IMG/VR virus record: IMGVR_UViG_3300046736_000061
Span: 6,495 to 70,494 of that record
Strand: one strand, 5' to 3'
Origin: a virus
DNA length: 64,000 nucleotides
Shown here: one piece after another, positions 27,415 to 38,274 of the stretch
How the letters are laid out: the number at the start of each line of letters is the position of its first letter
Numbering within the stretch: the first letter of the stretch is position 1
Program-made: the position numbers and the translations under genes
Notes under the pieces: model-generated
Databases searched by the model: none
Seen by the model: the letters and a program-made list of their open reading frames with translations, nothing else
What the model was told of the DNA's origin: nothing

Positions 27415-29871
27415 ATGTTAGTTAATTATCAAAAAAATTGGGAAGGTTCTTCCTTAACTACCCCGGCTAACGGCGTTATAGTTTTCTACCCTTTAAAAGA
27501 CGGCGTAGTGAAACAGGTGTGGCTTCGTGTTCAAGAACCTGTTACGCATGACTTAAGATGGGCTGTTTATTATAGCGATGGTGGTTATGTTACGGATTTT
27601 TTGATTACTACAGGTCAAGTATTAGGTGGTTCTACTTTGCCTGATGGTTTTTCTGTGTCAATGTTAAGCCATTTGCGAGTGGATTTAATTGAAACCAACG
27701 GTGCGACAGCTCACATTCCTATTGTATTTGAAGTTGCAATCGAAGAAACAATAGAACTTAGCTATAGTGAATTACAAGATATACCGACCACATTTCCTCC
27801 TGCGGCTCACGATCACGATAGCCGATATTATACTAAAACGGAAATTGAAGCACAGGCCGGTAATTATGAATTATCAGCGAACAAAAATATAAGTGATGGA
27901 TATGCAGGGTTAGACGCTGACGCCAGAGTGCTACCCGAAAATTTACCTCCTTATGTTTTTGATTTAACAACCTACGGCGCTGTAGCTGATGGGATTACCG
28001 ATTGTACAGACGCTCTTTCAGATGCACTTGATGCAGTAATCGCTAAAGGTGGCGGTGTGATTATTTTTCCAGAAGGAACTACATTAATTTCTGCCGGTGG
28101 AGTATCTAAGAACTTTACAGGTAGTGAAGGTTTAATAGTTTTTCGTGGTACGGGTAATTCCAAAATACAAATTGCTAATGACGCAACTGATAAAGTATTG
28201 CTTTCAAACGCAAAATTAGTAGTATATGAAAACTTAACAATTATCGGCCATCCAACAGCCGGTACAGCTTGCTTTAATAATTATGTGTTTGGGTTTAATT
28301 TTGTCGATCGAGTCTTAGTCCGAAATTGCGTCTTAGGTGGAGTTAGGTGCGTTGCTGACGTAAGTGCTTCTGGTTTATTTTATGCAGATAGTTGTAATAT
28401 ACGAGTAGAAAATTGTGTTTTTGGTGGATGCGGAACGGCTAATACCGCTAATATATCAGCAATGAACTGGAAATCTGTTGAGATACATAATACACAATTT
28501 GTTGATTACGTTGATATTGATAGTATATATTACGAAGGGGGTTCTACCGCTAACTCTTGGATAGCCACTGATACCCCTGCCGCAAATGAAACTCAATCAG
28601 TTATCATTAGGAACTCTTTCTTCGACGAAGGAGTTGGTGCTTCTGCTATTAGTATAGCCAATGGCGGCAGACTTGATATCGACCATGCCTTTATCAATAA
28701 GGGGGGTTCGTTTGGAATACACGTATTTTCAGCGGTGGGTACAGATTACGGAACTATATCTATTAAGAATACATTTATTGGCAAAACCGGTGGCTCTACT
28801 GCGGATGGGTGCGGGATACGCATACAAAGATATGCTACTGAAACGGTAATCCTAGAAGACGTTAAATTTGGAAATGATATTAACTACGTTCAATTAGATA
28901 CAAATATTAGTAGGCTTATAGCTCGTCGTTGTGATTTTCATGTTGGCGTAACATATCCGACAGGGGTTAATAATAATGCAGGGGCACTCCTTGATATGGA
29001 CTCATTAATGCCTACAACTCCAAGCGCAACAGCGCTCGTGCCGCTGGCTTTGACTACGCACGTTACGGGCACTACGAGTATCACGTCAATCGTTGCCACA
29101 AATTTTAAGGCAGGGGATGTGTTGCGATTAATTTTTGATGGAATTCTTACATTAACGGCAGGAAATAATATTAAGATTGAAACGAATTTTATTACAAAAG
29201 CTGGCAGTCAAATCGTTTTAACTTTTGATGGTACGAATTTTTATGAAAGCACAGTAGGAACAAGGGTTTTAGCGGCATTGTTGACAGGATATTCAGTTGG
29301 TTCTAATGCAATTTTGGCCGCTACGGATACTATACTCGGGGCGTTCCAGAAAATACAAGGTCAGTTAAATGCTGTTCTGTCAAGATTACTAACAGGCATA
29401 TCGTTCGCTGATTCTACTGATGTCACGGCTACGGACTCAATACTTGTTGCCATTGGAAAACTGCAAGCACAAGCAACTAGCTACGATGAGGTTCCGTGGA
29501 TTGTAGTACATCGATCAAATAGTGTAGCGTTAAATCTAACTTCCTATAGGGTGATAAATGACAATGCTACCGCCATTTCTGCAATTACTTTAACGATTCC
29601 CGATGGGGCATCTGTAGCTTTAACTCCCGGTGTTTTTGAGTTTGCTATAGCACACTCCGGTATAGGTAGTGATTTATCGTTTGAATTACCCGATCACACA
29701 AAAGTATTCTTTGGGGATGGATTTACGTCGCCCAATGCTATCCCTCGCTTTAGTGTGGTAACATTTAACGATCAAACAGTAGGTCAATACGTTCATTTTA
29801 AATATCTTGGACAATATAGTGGTGATTATATATGGATTTTAGAAACCGTAATAGGAAAATTAAATTATTAA
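27415..29871 (+). CDS. Tail spike with pectin-lyase-like beta-helix (depolymerase)
   Basis: FDLTTYGAVADGITDCTDALSDALDAVIAKGGGVIIFPEGT; FPPAAHDHD; duplicated LLTG...ATD.IL.A..K.Q repeats. Confidence 0.85.
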   Translation: MLVNYQKNWEGSSLTTPANGVIVFYPLKDGVVKQVWLRVQEPVTHDLRWAVYYSDGGYVTDFLITTGQVLGGSTLPDGFSVSMLSHLRVDLIETNGATAHIPIVFEVAIEETIELSYSELQDIPTTFPPAAHDHDSRYYTKTEIEAQAGNYELSANKNISDGYAGLDADARVLPENLPPYVFDLTTYGAVADGITDCTDALSDALDAVIAKGGGVIIFPEGTTLISAGGVSKNFTGSEGLIVFRGTGNSKIQIANDATDKVLLSNAKLVVYENLTIIGHPTAGTACFNNYVFGFNFVDRVLVRNCVLGGVRCVADVSASGLFYADSCNIRVENCVFGGCGTANTANISAMNWKSVEIHNTQFVDYVDIDSIYYEGGSTANSWIATDTPAANETQSVIIRNSFFDEGVGASAISIANGGRLDIDHAFINKGGSFGIHVFSAVGTDYGTISIKNTFIGKTGGSTADGCGIRIQRYATETVILEDVKFGNDINYVQLDTNISRLIARRCDFHVGVTYPTGVNNNAGALLDMDSLMPTTPSATALVPLALTTHVTGTTSITSIVATNFKAGDVLRLIFDGILTLTAGNNIKIETNFITKAGSQIVLTFDGTNFYESTVGTRVLAALLTGYSVGSNAILAATDTILGAFQKIQGQLNAVLSRLLTGISFADSTDVTATDSILVAIGKLQAQATSYDEVPWIVVHRSNSVALNLTSYRVINDNATAISAITLTIPDGASVALTPGVFEFAIAHSGIGSDLSFELPDHTKVFFGDGFTSPNAIPRFSVVTFNDQTVGQYVHFKYLGQYSGDYIWILETVIGKLNY

Positions 29872-30137
29872 TGCAAAGCCTTTATCTATCAATCTGCTTA
29901 TTAAGCGGAACAATTCTAGGTTACTTCCGACAAAAAGATGGTCCACCTCCGGCTGTGGTACGTATTTGTGGAGAGGATGGTAACGGTTTAACAGTATTAA
30001 AAATTAACATAGATAGTACAATGAATACTTTATATAAGCAGGGCTGTTTTTATGAAGATCAACACGTAATACCTTTAGATGAAAATTATAGCTTTGTTTA
30101 TGGAACTAAGGTATTAATTGGAGAAAGCAAACGCTAA
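29871..30137 (+). CDS. Hypothetical protein
   Basis: ATG overlaps tail-spike stop; hydrophobic N-terminus. Confidence 0.55.
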   Translation: MQSLYLSICLLSGTILGYFRQKDGPPPAVVRICGEDGNGLTVLKINIDSTMNTLYKQGCFYEDQHVIPLDENYSFVYGTKVLIGESKR

Positions 30138-30174
30138 AACATCAAAATAACTAGACATTATGTCTACTTAAAAT

Positions 30175-33100
30175 ATGTCTACCTTTAGTCAAAGTCAACT
30201 AATTCAATCCCAATATGAACTTTTCGGGCGCTCGGAAGATTTATTTCCTACGCCCGATATAGTTAATCTTGAGGGCGGTTATGAAAACCTTCCTAAACAA
30301 ATGATTCACGAAATCAATCGTGGAGATTTTTATTTAGGTGTGGAATTTTATTTGCCTGATTTTGATGATATTTTTGGCCGTCCCGATCTGGCTTTATTTC
30401 GTCTATCTGCCTCTCGTTTCAAATGGCATAATTTAAACTATCGTGATGCTATTAGGTCTATACCCGAAATGAAAAAATTCATTGGTAGGTCTTTTAATAG
30501 TATGACGTTGGAATTAGTGAATATAGAACGTGGATTTCAGAGCGGTTCTGCTTTTGTTTTTAAACAGTTAATTAAAGGTATGCGTGTTGCGGTTCGCATT
30601 ATGTTCCCTGCGCTAGAAGACGTGAATATGACTCGTCTTATTTGGTGGGGAAGAGTTGTAGAGTCGGAAGACCTTGATGCAAATGGCGTTAAAATTAATT
30701 GCTCTCAAGAGATTGGCAATTTTTCCTATGAAGTCGCTACTGATAAATACGGCTCAAGTTGTGGGCTATTTTTTGGTAAAGGTGAATGTTTAGGGAATCA
30801 GACTTTTGAGCAAAAATCTCCATTATATAAAGCGGCTTTTAATGCCTTTGGTCAAGGGGGTTGTAATCGTACTTTTGCTAGATGTCAGCAATTACAAAAC
30901 GATAGGTTTTATCAAGGGCAAAATCAAGTCGCTATCACTGGACAGTTTGATCGTGTGACTGTTGTTAATGGCAATATGAGCGGTCTATTTGGATTGCTAG
31001 GGCTATTTTTCAAAACTAAAAAAATCACTCATACGCCTGTTCCTTATAGCAGTAAAAATCAATCTCCGAATACAGATACTACAATTGCAAAAGTTTATGG
31101 GCGTAGCCGTATTGAATTAAACCCCTTCACTTGGGTAGACATAGGTACGGAATTAAATGGATTATTGGGAGGATGCAAAGGCCCAATTCAAGGATTTTAT
31201 AATATTATTTGCCATAACCCTAAGTTAACTTTAGCAAGCATTACGCAACACTTAGGCGAATTAGGCGGCGAGGGTACGCAACAGCCAGACCCCCGTTTTC
31301 CGCAAAGTGGATATAATAGTAGGTTAGCCTATATAGGCGCAAGTTACACAGGCTCTCCTGCCGCTGACGAACCAGAAGAATTACCTATTACATCTGCTAT
31401 TGTAAAAGGCTCTTTACTCACTGTACCAGATGGTTTTGGAGGATTTAAGATAACTTGGAGTCATAATCCGGTTGATATAGTTAGAGACTTAATTACCAAC
31501 TTTCCATATACAGTAGTTAAAAATACTTGGTTTAACGAGCATATTAATGCGCGTACATTTGAAAGATGTTTCACTGTAATTGAAGATGATACCGATGCAG
31601 AAATTCCTGTAATAACCGCGGCTGAATTTACCTCATATCAGAATGGAGAGTTTCAACGTTTTCGTTCTACGGCTAGATATGACGCGAATGTTTTAAGACT
31701 TAATCGTGGCGTTGCGGCTCCTTCTACGGGTTTAGCTAGACATAATGTGGCACAGTTAGAATCCGTGGAAAATATTCCTATATTCGATGATATTTATAGT
31801 TATCCTCCTGATATTAATTGGGGTAGCGCACTTAACTCGCCCGTTGTAGTACAGTCTCGTACATATTTAATGTATCGCTATACAACCAATTTAGTTATAC
31901 GTGAGAAGTCTAAGCTATCAGATATTTTGTTTAGTTTAGTGTTACCTACGTTTAGAGGCTTTCTAAATTTTGATCTATTTGGTAAGGTGGGGATTGATTG
32001 CAGACGACCCGCAGACAACTGTTTCATACGCTCTAATACCACTGTTACAGACGCAGAAGTGGCTGTTACAAACGTCGTAAATTTCTTCTCTACGTATGGG
32101 TACTTGCTAATTGGAAACGGGCTTAAAACGTGCGAAGTAGCTAAGATAAAAGGTATTAGATATGTAAACGGTAATGCCGAAACGGTTGTTTCTTGTACCT
32201 CTACAGGTGTAGGCGTGACTTGTCCTACTGCATTTGTGGAGCGTGAATTTGCCCCCGCAGAAATTACCATTGAATTTGACGGGACTGCTAGTGCGGGAGA
32301 TTTAATTACTTTAACGTTTACAGAACCCAATGGCGATGTTTTGAAATGGGACTATGCCTGTGATGAATTAGATACTACAGAGGTCGTGGCTGAAATGTTT
32401 AGAACGCGGCTTATGGCTTCTCCTGCTTTTCGTGAAACGTGGACAGCAGAAATTTTTTCTTTGAACAAATCTAAAATTTATGTTCGTTGTCAAACTGGCT
32501 ATATTAAACTCGATAAGGAATTAGAACACGCTCATAACATAGGTGAAGAAATTTTACGGGTAGTCGAAATTTACGAAGACGGAAAAGACGGATTTCATAG
32601 TAACGGAATCCGAGACAATATGAGAGATTTTGTTTTGAACTCTAAGCGGCAAGAAACTTTTCACGGCGTAAAAGCCACTTATATTTCAGCAGTACGGGAT
32701 TTTGTGCAAGTAGAAATTCAACCTCGCGTTGCGTGGGATGCGGCAGAAAACGAAAGGAATATGAACTTTTTGGAACTCGATTTACGTGGAGTTGATAATT
32801 ACAAGCAAGCGGCAATTTTGCAAAAAGCGGCGGCTATTCATTACATAGATGGAAATTTGCCGGCAAAATTCACTACTGGTTTACGTGGAATGTTTCACGA
32901 ACATTCAGAGGTTATAGCAATTCGTCATCAAACAATGGAGGGCGTTTCTTATACTCCATTTTCTATTGAGGATATAAGTTTTAATCCTAAAGGTGAAGTG
33001 ACTTTAGATACACAATTATATTTATCGGCAGAATTTGACGAACGGACTGCTAAAGAAGAAAAATTTTTAGAAACTACTCTTAGCGTTAATGAAAACTATA

Positions 33101-33261
33101 ATACTGTTCCCCCGCCCATTTCCACGAACGGAGGATATTCCACTACTCGTACAGGTGATGGTGCGGGAGATAAAGGTAATGATATTAAGTTTGAGGCTCC
33201 GGTTTATGAGACTCTTCCGGGACAGCAGAAGTATTCGCCTCACGGTCGAGACTTGCTTTAA
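30175..33261 (+). CDS. Baseplate hub/central tail tip protein
   Basis: 1028 aa; Cys cluster C...GEC...GCNRTFARC, KVYG, WSHNPVDIVRDL, LDLRGVDNYKQA. Confidence 0.8.
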   Translation: MSTFSQSQLIQSQYELFGRSEDLFPTPDIVNLEGGYENLPKQMIHEINRGDFYLGVEFYLPDFDDIFGRPDLALFRLSASRFKWHNLNYRDAIRSIPEMKKFIGRSFNSMTLELVNIERGFQSGSAFVFKQLIKGMRVAVRIMFPALEDVNMTRLIWWGRVVESEDLDANGVKINCSQEIGNFSYEVATDKYGSSCGLFFGKGECLGNQTFEQKSPLYKAAFNAFGQGGCNRTFARCQQLQNDRFYQGQNQVAITGQFDRVTVVNGNMSGLFGLLGLFFKTKKITHTPVPYSSKNQSPNTDTTIAKVYGRSRIELNPFTWVDIGTELNGLLGGCKGPIQGFYNIICHNPKLTLASITQHLGELGGEGTQQPDPRFPQSGYNSRLAYIGASYTGSPAADEPEELPITSAIVKGSLLTVPDGFGGFKITWSHNPVDIVRDLITNFPYTVVKNTWFNEHINARTFERCFTVIEDDTDAEIPVITAAEFTSYQNGEFQRFRSTARYDANVLRLNRGVAAPSTGLARHNVAQLESVENIPIFDDIYSYPPDINWGSALNSPVVVQSRTYLMYRYTTNLVIREKSKLSDILFSLVLPTFRGFLNFDLFGKVGIDCRRPADNCFIRSNTTVTDAEVAVTNVVNFFSTYGYLLIGNGLKTCEVAKIKGIRYVNGNAETVVSCTSTGVGVTCPTAFVEREFAPAEITIEFDGTASAGDLITLTFTEPNGDVLKWDYACDELDTTEVVAEMFRTRLMASPAFRETWTAEIFSLNKSKIYVRCQTGYIKLDKELEHAHNIGEEILRVVEIYEDGKDGFHSNGIRDNMRDFVLNSKRQETFHGVKATYISAVRDFVQVEIQPRVAWDAAENERNMNFLELDLRGVDNYKQAAILQKAAAIHYIDGNLPAKFTTGLRGMFHEHSEVIAIRHQTMEGVSYTPFSIEDISFNPKGEVTLDTQLYLSAEFDERTAKEEKFLETTLSVNENYNTVPPPISTNGGYSTTRTGDGAGDKGNDIKFEAPVYETLPGQQKYSPHGRDLL

Positions 33262-33372
33262 AACGATCTAAACATAAATTACATATAATTGTAGATTCGT
33301 ATTGAAACGGCTTAACTATACTCTGTTGCTCTGTTTGACAATTATCACAAATAAAATAATACATATATTTAA

Positions 33373-33525
33373 CTAGACATTGTGTCCACTTGGCTTTTTA
33401 AAGCGTTTGTTGTATTCTTTTTCAAACGCTTTTTTAAAATGGTCTGTGGCAAATACTTGTGTATTAACTTGCTCTGGAGTCATTCCTTTTGCTAATAAAT
33501 CTTGTATGGCGAAGTAGGTTTTCAT
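33373..33525 (-). CDS. Small hypothetical protein (50 aa) ending inside palindrome
   Basis: Hand-translated MKTYFAIQDLL...KKPSGHNV-stop; ATGA overlap with upstream gene. Confidence 0.5.
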   Translation of the reverse strand: MKTYFAIQDLLAKGMTPEQVNTQVFATDHFKKAFEKEYNKRFKKPSGHNV

Positions 33526-33818
33526 GATTTTTGATGATGTAAATATTGAACAATATTCTTTCTTTTCTGTTTTGCAAAATGCTCAATCTGTGTTCTGTTG
33601 ACATCTCTGACACATAGACGATCAATATTTTCCGTTAAATCGCCAAGTTCTTTTTCTAGCAACTCTCGATTACTTTTCGTGTCGTCGTCGGGATGATAAG
33701 ATTCGTAACCGTGTCGAAGAATTTTGCAAATAATTTGAATCACTTCTGCACATTCTTCCTGTACGATTACAAGACGCTCTTGTTCTGCCGGTGTTAAATT
33801 ATTAAAGTGTTGTTCCAT
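33522..33818 (-). CDS. MazG-like nucleotide pyrophosphohydrolase
   Basis: QEECAEVIQIICKILRHG...LEKELGDL. Confidence 0.8.
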   Translation of the reverse strand: MEQHFNNLTPAEQERLVIVQEECAEVIQIICKILRHGYESYHPDDDTKSNRELLEKELGDLTENIDRLCVRDVNRTQIEHFAKQKRKNIVQYLHHQKS

Positions 33819-33843
33819 AGTTTTAAGTGGACATTATGTCTAG

Positions 33844-34353
33844 TTATCTTCTCAATTCTTTTATTATAATTTGCTTTGGTAAGAAGCTCCAACAAAAATA
33901 AGCCGAACTAAACGTAGGACTTCCGTTATTGGTATTTCTATTTTCATAGTGAATACGCTTATCAAACATTAGCAATTGTAGGTCTTTACCTTTAAATAAT
34001 TGAGCTGGCCCCGAATCGTTTAGCCAAGTAACGGTCATAAGTAAAGCAAATGGTTTATCAAATGATAATGCCCTTTCAAAAATTTCACGCTTACCAGAAA
34101 AAGGCGGGTTGGATATTAATATATCCCACTTATCAGGTTCGTAATGATAGAAATTTTGCCCTTTGACTGAACAATGCGAATAAATTACTTCGTTATATAG
34201 TGAAATTTCCTGCACAAATTTACTTTTCTTTGTATCAAATGGACACCATACTATTGCACCTTCTGGTATAAAATCTAACAAGGGCCATATAGCATATCTA
34301 GGTGTATAACACTCATCGTTTAAACCTTTGGAATATAAATGTTCTGTTCCCAT
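33844..34353 (-). CDS. Amino (N6-adenine) DNA methyltransferase
   Basis: NDECYTP, WCPFD, ISNPPFS. Confidence 0.8.
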   Translation of the reverse strand: MGTEHLYSKGLNDECYTPRYAIWPLLDFIPEGAIVWCPFDTKKSKFVQEISLYNEVIYSHCSVKGQNFYHYEPDKWDILISNPPFSGKREIFERALSFDKPFALLMTVTWLNDSGPAQLFKGKDLQLLMFDKRIHYENRNTNNGSPTFSSAYFCWSFLPKQIIIKELRR

Positions 34354-34382
34354 AATTAAAGTTAGATAGACATTATGTCTAG

Positions 34383-34607
34383 CTATATTTTAAAACGTAA
34401 ATTTCTATCAAACAACGGGCCAGATACGTTGGGATTTTTACATCGCTCTCTGTGTCGCTCATCGCATCCTTCGGAATGTCCAAGCACTCCGCTTTCGTGA
34501 ATTTCATAATGATTTTGATGGGCTTGATTACAAGAGCCACAACAATACATCGCTGTAGTTCGGCGGTTACATTCTGGATTATCGCATTTCTTTAATGGCT
34601 GATTCAT
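34383..34607 (-). CDS. Cys/His-rich hypothetical protein
   Basis: CDNPEC...YCCGSC...HSEGC. Confidence 0.6.
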   Translation of the reverse strand: MNQPLKKCDNPECNRRTTAMYCCGSCNQAHQNHYEIHESGVLGHSEGCDERHRERCKNPNVSGPLFDRNLRFKI

Positions 34608-36505
34608 ATAAATAACCTCCTTACATCCTCTATATCATTACTTACCCTTGCATCCGGTAAACTGTTTAAAAAATACTGCCCATACCCCTTCGTCTTTAAT
34701 CGCGGGTCAAGTATCATAACTACACCCGTATCTTTCTTACTTCTTATCAACCTTCCGAATCCTTGTTTTAATGCTATAACCGCCTCTGGTAATGAGTATT
34801 GATAGAAGGCATTACCCCCGCTTTGTGCAATGAAATCATTTCGCGCCTCTGTCACGGGATCGTCCGGTACAGAGAAAGGCAACTTGTCGATAATCACGCA
34901 CGATAATTTTTCACCTTGAATATCTATCCCTTCCCAAAATGACGTTGTGGCAAATAAAACAGAATTAGGAACGCGATGAAATTCTTCCAGTATTCCAGTT
35001 TTGGACATCTGCCCTTGTAATAAACACGGATGATTGATTCGATTACAAACCCCATTATACAAATCGTTCATTGACTTGTTGCTAGTTGTCAAAATAAACG
35101 CCCTGCCGTCTGTAATATTTAATACCTCAATGCATTTTTCTATCGCTTGCCGTGTAAAATTTGGTGAACTAGGCTCACTCATTTCCGGTGGCAAGTAAAG
35201 GATTGCTTGCTTTTGATAATCAAACACTGACGGCGCTATAAATTTTTTAGGTTTATCAATTCCTAATCTTTCTGAAATAAAGTCTAACTTGCCATTAATT
35301 GATAAGGTAGCCGATGTTAATATACAGGATTTTACCTTATCGAATATCTTACTTCGCAATAATTCCGCTACCTCAATCGGTGCCGATTCTATTTTAATGC
35401 TTTTCTTATTGCGTTGAAAATAAGAAACATATCCGCTTTCCTTTTGCGTTAAAATAAAATCTATGCCGAATCTTTTTTCTGCTAATTGACTTTCTAATAA
35501 CTTGCTTTCCTTGTCAGGTTCTTCTATCAGTTTAAATGTTTTTTGAATCTGTGTTAACAACGATGACAGTACGAAATAATTATCTAATAAATGTTCTGGT
35601 AGTTTACTTTTAAGCGTGTAAATATTATTCGTTCCTGCAAGCGAAGAGATTTCGTGCCATAGAGCCTCTATCTGTTCAATGCTTCGGTCTACTAACTTAT
35701 CGAAAGTGGCCGGTAGTTTTTTAATCTTCTTTAACAGCCTTTTCAAATAACTGTCCGATACCTCAAAACCAAAATACTTAGTAGCGATTTCTTCGATTAA
35801 ATGCGCTTCATCAAATATTACATAGTCGTAATCTGGTATTGCCTTTGTATGCAATGCTTCCCGTAAAGCTAAATCAGCAAAAAATAAATGATGATTAACT
35901 ATAATAATATCCGAACCATCTGCTCTCGCTCTCATTCGAGTTATAAAACAATCATCAAAATATTCACATTTCCTTCCTACGCAATTTTCAGTAGTGGCGT
36001 TTAGATGCGACCACATTTGTAAATCTTCTGGTAAGGTTTTTAATTCTGCTTTATCTCCGGTTTGTGTGTTGTTCAACCATTTCTGAATAACATCAAAATA
36101 TTTAGCTTCATCTAATCCCTCTAAAATCGGCTCTGTCGTTCCTTTTAATATTCTTGAAATGCAAGCGTAATTGTAACGCCCCTTCATGCAAGTATATGTA
36201 AAATTCGGAATGAGACTTTTAAGAAATGGAATATCTTTATTTACTAATTGCTCTTGTAAGTTTTTAGTGCCTGTTGATATTACAATTCGCTTTCCTTCCG
36301 TCAAGGCCATTTCGATTGCCGGTGCGAGATAGGCCATAGTTTTCCCTGTGCCGGTTCCCGCTTCTGCGATATAATGATGTTCGTTTTTAAATGCATCTAA
36401 AATTCCTCTAGCCATTTCTACTTGGCCGGGTCTATATTCGTAGTTAGGATGATTTTGTGAGATTAATCCATCAGGTGCGAAAAGTTTATGAATTAAGTTT
36501 TTCAA
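34604..36505 (-). CDS. dinG: DinG/YoaA-family Fe-S helicase
   Basis: RPGQ, EAGTGTGKT, KGRYNYAC, four Fe-S Cys, FDEAH, SATL, FWEGID, KQGFGRLIRS. Confidence 0.95.
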   Translation of the reverse strand: MKNLIHKLFAPDGLISQNHPNYEYRPGQVEMARGILDAFKNEHHYIAEAGTGTGKTMAYLAPAIEMALTEGKRIVISTGTKNLQEQLVNKDIPFLKSLIPNFTYTCMKGRYNYACISRILKGTTEPILEGLDEAKYFDVIQKWLNNTQTGDKAELKTLPEDLQMWSHLNATTENCVGRKCEYFDDCFITRMRARADGSDIIIVNHHLFFADLALREALHTKAIPDYDYVIFDEAHLIEEIATKYFGFEVSDSYLKRLLKKIKKLPATFDKLVDRSIEQIEALWHEISSLAGTNNIYTLKSKLPEHLLDNYFVLSSLLTQIQKTFKLIEEPDKESKLLESQLAEKRFGIDFILTQKESGYVSYFQRNKKSIKIESAPIEVAELLRSKIFDKVKSCILTSATLSINGKLDFISERLGIDKPKKFIAPSVFDYQKQAILYLPPEMSEPSSPNFTRQAIEKCIEVLNITDGRAFILTTSNKSMNDLYNGVCNRINHPCLLQGQMSKTGILEEFHRVPNSVLFATTSFWEGIDIQGEKLSCVIIDKLPFSVPDDPVTEARNDFIAQSGGNAFYQYSLPEAVIALKQGFGRLIRSKKDTGVVMILDPRLKTKGYGQYFLNSLPDARVSNDIEDVRRLFI

Positions 36506-36653
36506 GTTCTTTTTGTTTTTCTTTTATCTTTACTTTAGTTTTTACATCTGTACCGTTATTTTGAAAATTAGAATAGTCTGCGTACCAAGCAAGAATGTTT
36601 TCTAAGTCTTCTTTTGTTAATCGAACAATAATTGAATTTACTTTTACTGCCAT
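36486..36653 (-). CDS. Small hypothetical protein (55 aa)
   Basis: Hand-translated MAVKVNSIIVRLTKEDLENILAWY...; starts just after palindrome copy 36670. Confidence 0.55.
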   Translation of the reverse strand: MAVKVNSIIVRLTKEDLENILAWYADYSNFQNNGTDVKTKVKIKEKQKELEKLNS

Positions 36654-36828
36654 AATTTTAAGTGGACAAAATGTCTAGTTATTTTGTGCGTATTTATCGT
36701 GAATATTTTGTACTTTCATTACCCAACGCCAGTGAAATTTATCAACTTTAAGAACCACAAAGTCGCGCACTAATTTAATTATGGAATAGATTCTAATAAC
36801 AACCCGCTCCCTAAATGTAACGTTAATT

Positions 36829-37035
36829 TTACGCATCACTTCCCTCCACCCATCTTAAAATATCAATCTGTGCCCGAGCCTCTATGATTTCTTTCTCTAA
36901 GTCCGCAATGGCTATATCGTTATCTTCGCAAACTTTTTCTCGTTCTTTTTTAAGTTCGTCTCTCGCTTCCACATAACGATCAACTAACTTTTTCTTTCGT
37001 TGTGTAATAGCAGTTCTACTGCGCCAAATGCTCAT
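36829..37035 (-). CDS. Hypothetical coiled-coil protein
   Basis: 68 aa, overlapping start/stop. Confidence 0.6.
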   Translation of the reverse strand: MSIWRSRTAITQRKKKLVDRYVEARDELKKEREKVCEDNDIAIADLEKEIIEARAQIDILRWVEGSDA

Positions 37036-37535
37036 TTCTTTTTCTTTAAAGACTTTCGAGTCGTTTCTCTAGCTTTCATAAAACGATTCATCATTGTATT
37101 TGTCATTTCAATACAGGTAGATTCTGAATATTGTGGTAATAACGCTAAATATGGTGTATCTCGATAATGACATATTTCACTATACATATGCACATAGAAA
37201 GCATGAGATTCACCGAATAGAAATATCTCTACTACAGGTGTGTGAGTATGATGAATACATTCTTTTTCATAAAAATCCCACCCACGATAAATCGTCTTAC
37301 CTATCCTGTCATAAAACCATTGCAAAGATTTTTGGTCTTCTGGTTTTATTTCCGCTGTATGATATTCAATTTTTGTATTTGCTTCTTTCCATCTATCAAT
37401 AGCACATTGCTTGATATGTAGTTTGTCGGATAAGTCTTTAATCGTACTTTGCGCTTCTTGTAGTTGAATAGCAATGCTCCTGCAATCCCTATTAAGAATA
37501 CGAAACCTATCTTCCCATTTAGATTCTGTGGTCAT
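37032..37535 (-). CDS. Hypothetical protein
   Basis: 167 aa in operon. Confidence 0.65.
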   Translation of the reverse strand: MTTESKWEDRFRILNRDCRSIAIQLQEAQSTIKDLSDKLHIKQCAIDRWKEANTKIEYHTAEIKPEDQKSLQWFYDRIGKTIYRGWDFYEKECIHHTHTPVVEIFLFGESHAFYVHMYSEICHYRDTPYLALLPQYSESTCIEMTNTMMNRFMKARETTRKSLKKKK

Positions 37536-37891
37536 TAATGCTCCTTGTTAACTAAGTCTGCAATATAATCTTCTTCTCGCTTTTGTTCTATACGTTCAAT
37601 TATCATCCCCTTCGCTAAGATTAAATAGTTAATTGAATCCTCAATAGCATCGTCTACAGACTCTCCTTTAACTAATAGCGTTCCTACTTGAACAAAAGTA
37701 CGAATACGCATAAACTTATCCATTATACGCATTAAAATTCCAATGATAGGGTCAATTCCTAGAAAAGACGAGCCATTGAAGTTCGCAAAGGGGCTACTTC
37801 CTGCCGTGTAATCGTGATTTTTGCGTTTCATTGTTTCCAATGCTTGACCGCAAGTTGATTGATGTAATTGAAATAATTGTTCTGGTGTCAT
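37535..37891 (-). CDS. Nucleotide-modification-associated (DUF1599/Nmad1-like) protein
   Basis: KRKNHDY...FANF...RIMDKFMRI...ESVDDAIEDSINY. Confidence 0.75.
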   Translation of the reverse strand: MTPEQLFQLHQSTCGQALETMKRKNHDYTAGSSPFANFNGSSFLGIDPIIGILMRIMDKFMRIRTFVQVGTLLVKGESVDDAIEDSINYLILAKGMIIERIEQKREEDYIADLVNKEH

Positions 37892-38274
37892 AATTGTTCT
37901 AGTTCCTTTAATTTTTCATTAAGATATACAAGAAGTCTTGGGCATTTTTCTTGCATTTTAGAATAACCCGTGCCGAGCCCGTCTTCCGGCACTACGATAA
38001 ATTCAAATTGACGAGACAAGTACTCAATTCTCTTAAAGAGAGCATTGTAATATAGGGAAATCGTGTTCCAATCCCTGTTATCATCGAAGTAATCTACGTC
38101 TCTATTTAGTGGATAGATTTTAGTGGCAATACCAATTGCATTAACTTCCCCGCGCATTGCCTGTGCTTGTCCGGCTAACCCAAATCCTGCCAGATTATCG
38201 CCAAATACAAACAAAGCGTTGCGATGTTGTTGTACATATCCGCGAGTAATAAATTTTATTTTTATAACTTTCAT
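37888..38274 (-). CDS. Conserved phage protein with FVFGDN motif
   Basis: LFVFGDNLAGFGLAGQAQAMRGEVNAIGIATK...PEDGLGTG. Confidence 0.7.
   Translation of the reverse strand: MKVIKIKFITRGYVQQHRNALFVFGDNLAGFGLAGQAQAMRGEVNAIGIATKIYPLNRDVDYFDDNRDWNTISLYYNALFKRIEYLSRQFEFIVVPEDGLGTGYSKMQEKCPRLLVYLNEKLKELEQL

Noticed and set aside
1439-32330. Antisense ORFs opposite structural genes (e.g. 1564..1914, 12043..12411, 22008..22352, 31878..32330)
   Set aside because: Shadow frames of real genes; no RBS or recognisable motifs.
25642-33261. Diversity-generating retroelement acting on tail genes
   Set aside because: No reverse transcriptase and no template/variable repeat pair differing at adenines was seen in the window.
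33400-33435. Bidirectional terminator at the strand convergence
   Set aside because: The AAAGCGTTTG/CAAACGCTTT stem lies inside the small ORF 33373..33525 and has a 13-nt loop; it may terminate + strand transcription but support is too weak to call.
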